Below, in pieces: positions 62,873-64,000 of a DNA stretch of 64,000 nucleotides. Source of the DNA: a virus. The notes beneath the pieces are model-generated. The model did not search any database. It was not told the DNA's origin and was given only the letters and a program-made list of their open reading frames with translations. Position 1 is the first letter of the stretch. Each line of letters starts with the position of its first letter. A program made the position numbers and the translations under genes. The stretch spans positions 32,001 to 96,000 of IMG/VR virus record IMGVR_UViG_3300045049_000234; one strand, written 5' to 3'.

Positions 62873-63421
62873 ATGACCACCGACAGCAAGATCGGCAAGC
62901 CCCACAACCCGTTCAACCCCCCGCGCCCGCCCATGCGCGTGTTCGAAGTGCGCTACAGCGTTCCGTCGCAGAACCCGAACCACACCGTCCCGGACGTGGT
63001 GCGCACCTTCGACGCCGCATATTGGGACACCGACGGCGACGCCCGCAGCATCACCAGCGAGGGCCACGGGACGTACGACTTCATCAGCTTCAAGGACAGC
63101 GACGGCAAGCGCGTGTTCTCCGTCCGGCGCGACCTAGTGCAGTACATCGAGATGGTGGGCGAACCGCAGGACGACCGGCCCGCATTCCAGGACATCATCG
63201 ACGCCGACCCGTGGAAGACCGAGACCGGCACGGCGTGGGACGAGGGCAAGATCTTGCGCGGGGTGCTGCGCGGACGCCTGGCGATCGACAGCGCACGGGT
63301 GCTGCTCGGATACGAGCCCTTCCACCTGCCCGAAACCCTGCACCCGTTCACGTACACGCGGTGCCCCAACGGCTGCGACGGCGTGAAGACCGGATGCTCC
63401 GACTGCCCCCCACGGAAGTAG
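62873..63421 (+). CDS. Hypothetical protein
   Basis: GAGGA RBS. Confidence 0.6.
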   Translation: MTTDSKIGKPHNPFNPPRPPMRVFEVRYSVPSQNPNHTVPDVVRTFDAAYWDTDGDARSITSEGHGTYDFISFKDSDGKRVFSVRRDLVQYIEMVGEPQDDRPAFQDIIDADPWKTETGTAWDEGKILRGVLRGRLAIDSARVLLGYEPFHLPETLHPFTYTRCPNGCDGVKTGCSDCPPRK

Positions 63422-63503
63422 GCTCACACCCATGCCGTAAGGACGAGTAGAACCGCCCCCGCCGGGCATCCGTGCGCACGACCGGCTACGCGAAGGAGCA
63501 TCG

Positions 63504-63716
63504 GTGAAGATTCAACGGCGCGACCCGATCCCGATCACCTGGGGCGGCCCCGGCGGAACGGTGGTGGGGTACGCCACCGTCGTCAACAACGAGATCATGA
63601 TGAAGATCGAGGACGAGAGTGTGATCAACGTCCTGTACCCCCGGTCCCTGAACGGATTCAGCGTCAGCGCGGACGACGTCGGCGTGCACGTCCACATCCG
63701 CGACGAACGGCAGTAG
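63504..63716 (+). CDS. Hypothetical protein
   Basis: AAGGAG RBS. Confidence 0.55.
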   Translation: MKIQRRDPIPITWGGPGGTVVGYATVVNNEIMMKIEDESVINVLYPRSLNGFSVSADDVGVHVHIRDERQ

Positions 63717-63777
63717 CATGGCCCCGAGGCGGGATGAGCCTCCTTCCCCACCACCGAATGCAAGGAATCATCCCCGC

Positions 63778-63996
63778 ATGTCGAACATCACCATCGGCCG
63801 GTACGGCAAGGATGAGGCGAAGAACCTCGAAGCCGGGCGCGGCTTCAGCGCCTGGATCGAAGGCACCGACGACGACGGGGCGGGCTGGATCTTCTGGCTG
63901 GACGAGAAGGGCCGCCCGGTCGTGTACTACGGCCAGCGCGAGGAGTCCGGCGCGGTCAAGGGTCTGCCGGTGACGCTGGCCCCGTATCCGGCGTGA
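63778..63996 (+). CDS. Hypothetical protein
   Basis: AAGGAA RBS, ATG at 63778. Confidence 0.5.
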   Translation: MSNITIGRYGKDEAKNLEAGRGFSAWIEGTDDDGAGWIFWLDEKGRPVVYYGQREESGAVKGLPVTLAPYPA

Positions 63997-64000
63997 GTGT

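Overview
A 64-kb stretch of a high-GC actinobacterial tailed phage (or prophage), probably a siphovirus. No capsid, terminase or integrase gene is visible. Layout: (i) 1-11.9 kb, + strand: tape-measure C-terminus, minor tail and receptor-binding genes, and a lysis cassette with a GH25 endolysin and an antisense HNH gene. (ii) 12-35.5 kb, mostly - strand: accessory, recombination and replication genes (Ro60/TROVE, RNA-repair HAD, vWA, RusA, RecT, YqaJ, ParB-like, WhiB, replication initiator). (iii) 35.6-64 kb, + strand: many small genes, including an AAA+ ATPase, vWA, ParB plus ABC-GNAT, peptidases, lipoproteins, a degenerate tRNA-Tyr and a Tad2-like DUF2829 protein. Two RNA-protein systems stand out. 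First, a stand-alone RAMP/Cas7-like gene (25443-26027) and a coupled wHTH gene are flanked by non-coding arrays with strict 5-nt periodicity (constant GGC-type triplet plus variable dinucleotide), cut into about 13 guide-like units. This is a candidate non-CRISPR RNA-guided system; it resembles what I recall being called VIPR, which should be verified. Second, Ro60 is preceded by nine Y-RNA-like units that share one scaffold but carry tRNA modules in several circular permutations with different anticodon loops. The window also has a conserved promoter motif (about 17 copies), a recurring GAGGAACCC leader motif and a candidate sRNA complementary to that motif. All calls come from reading the sequence by eye; no database search or folding program was run.
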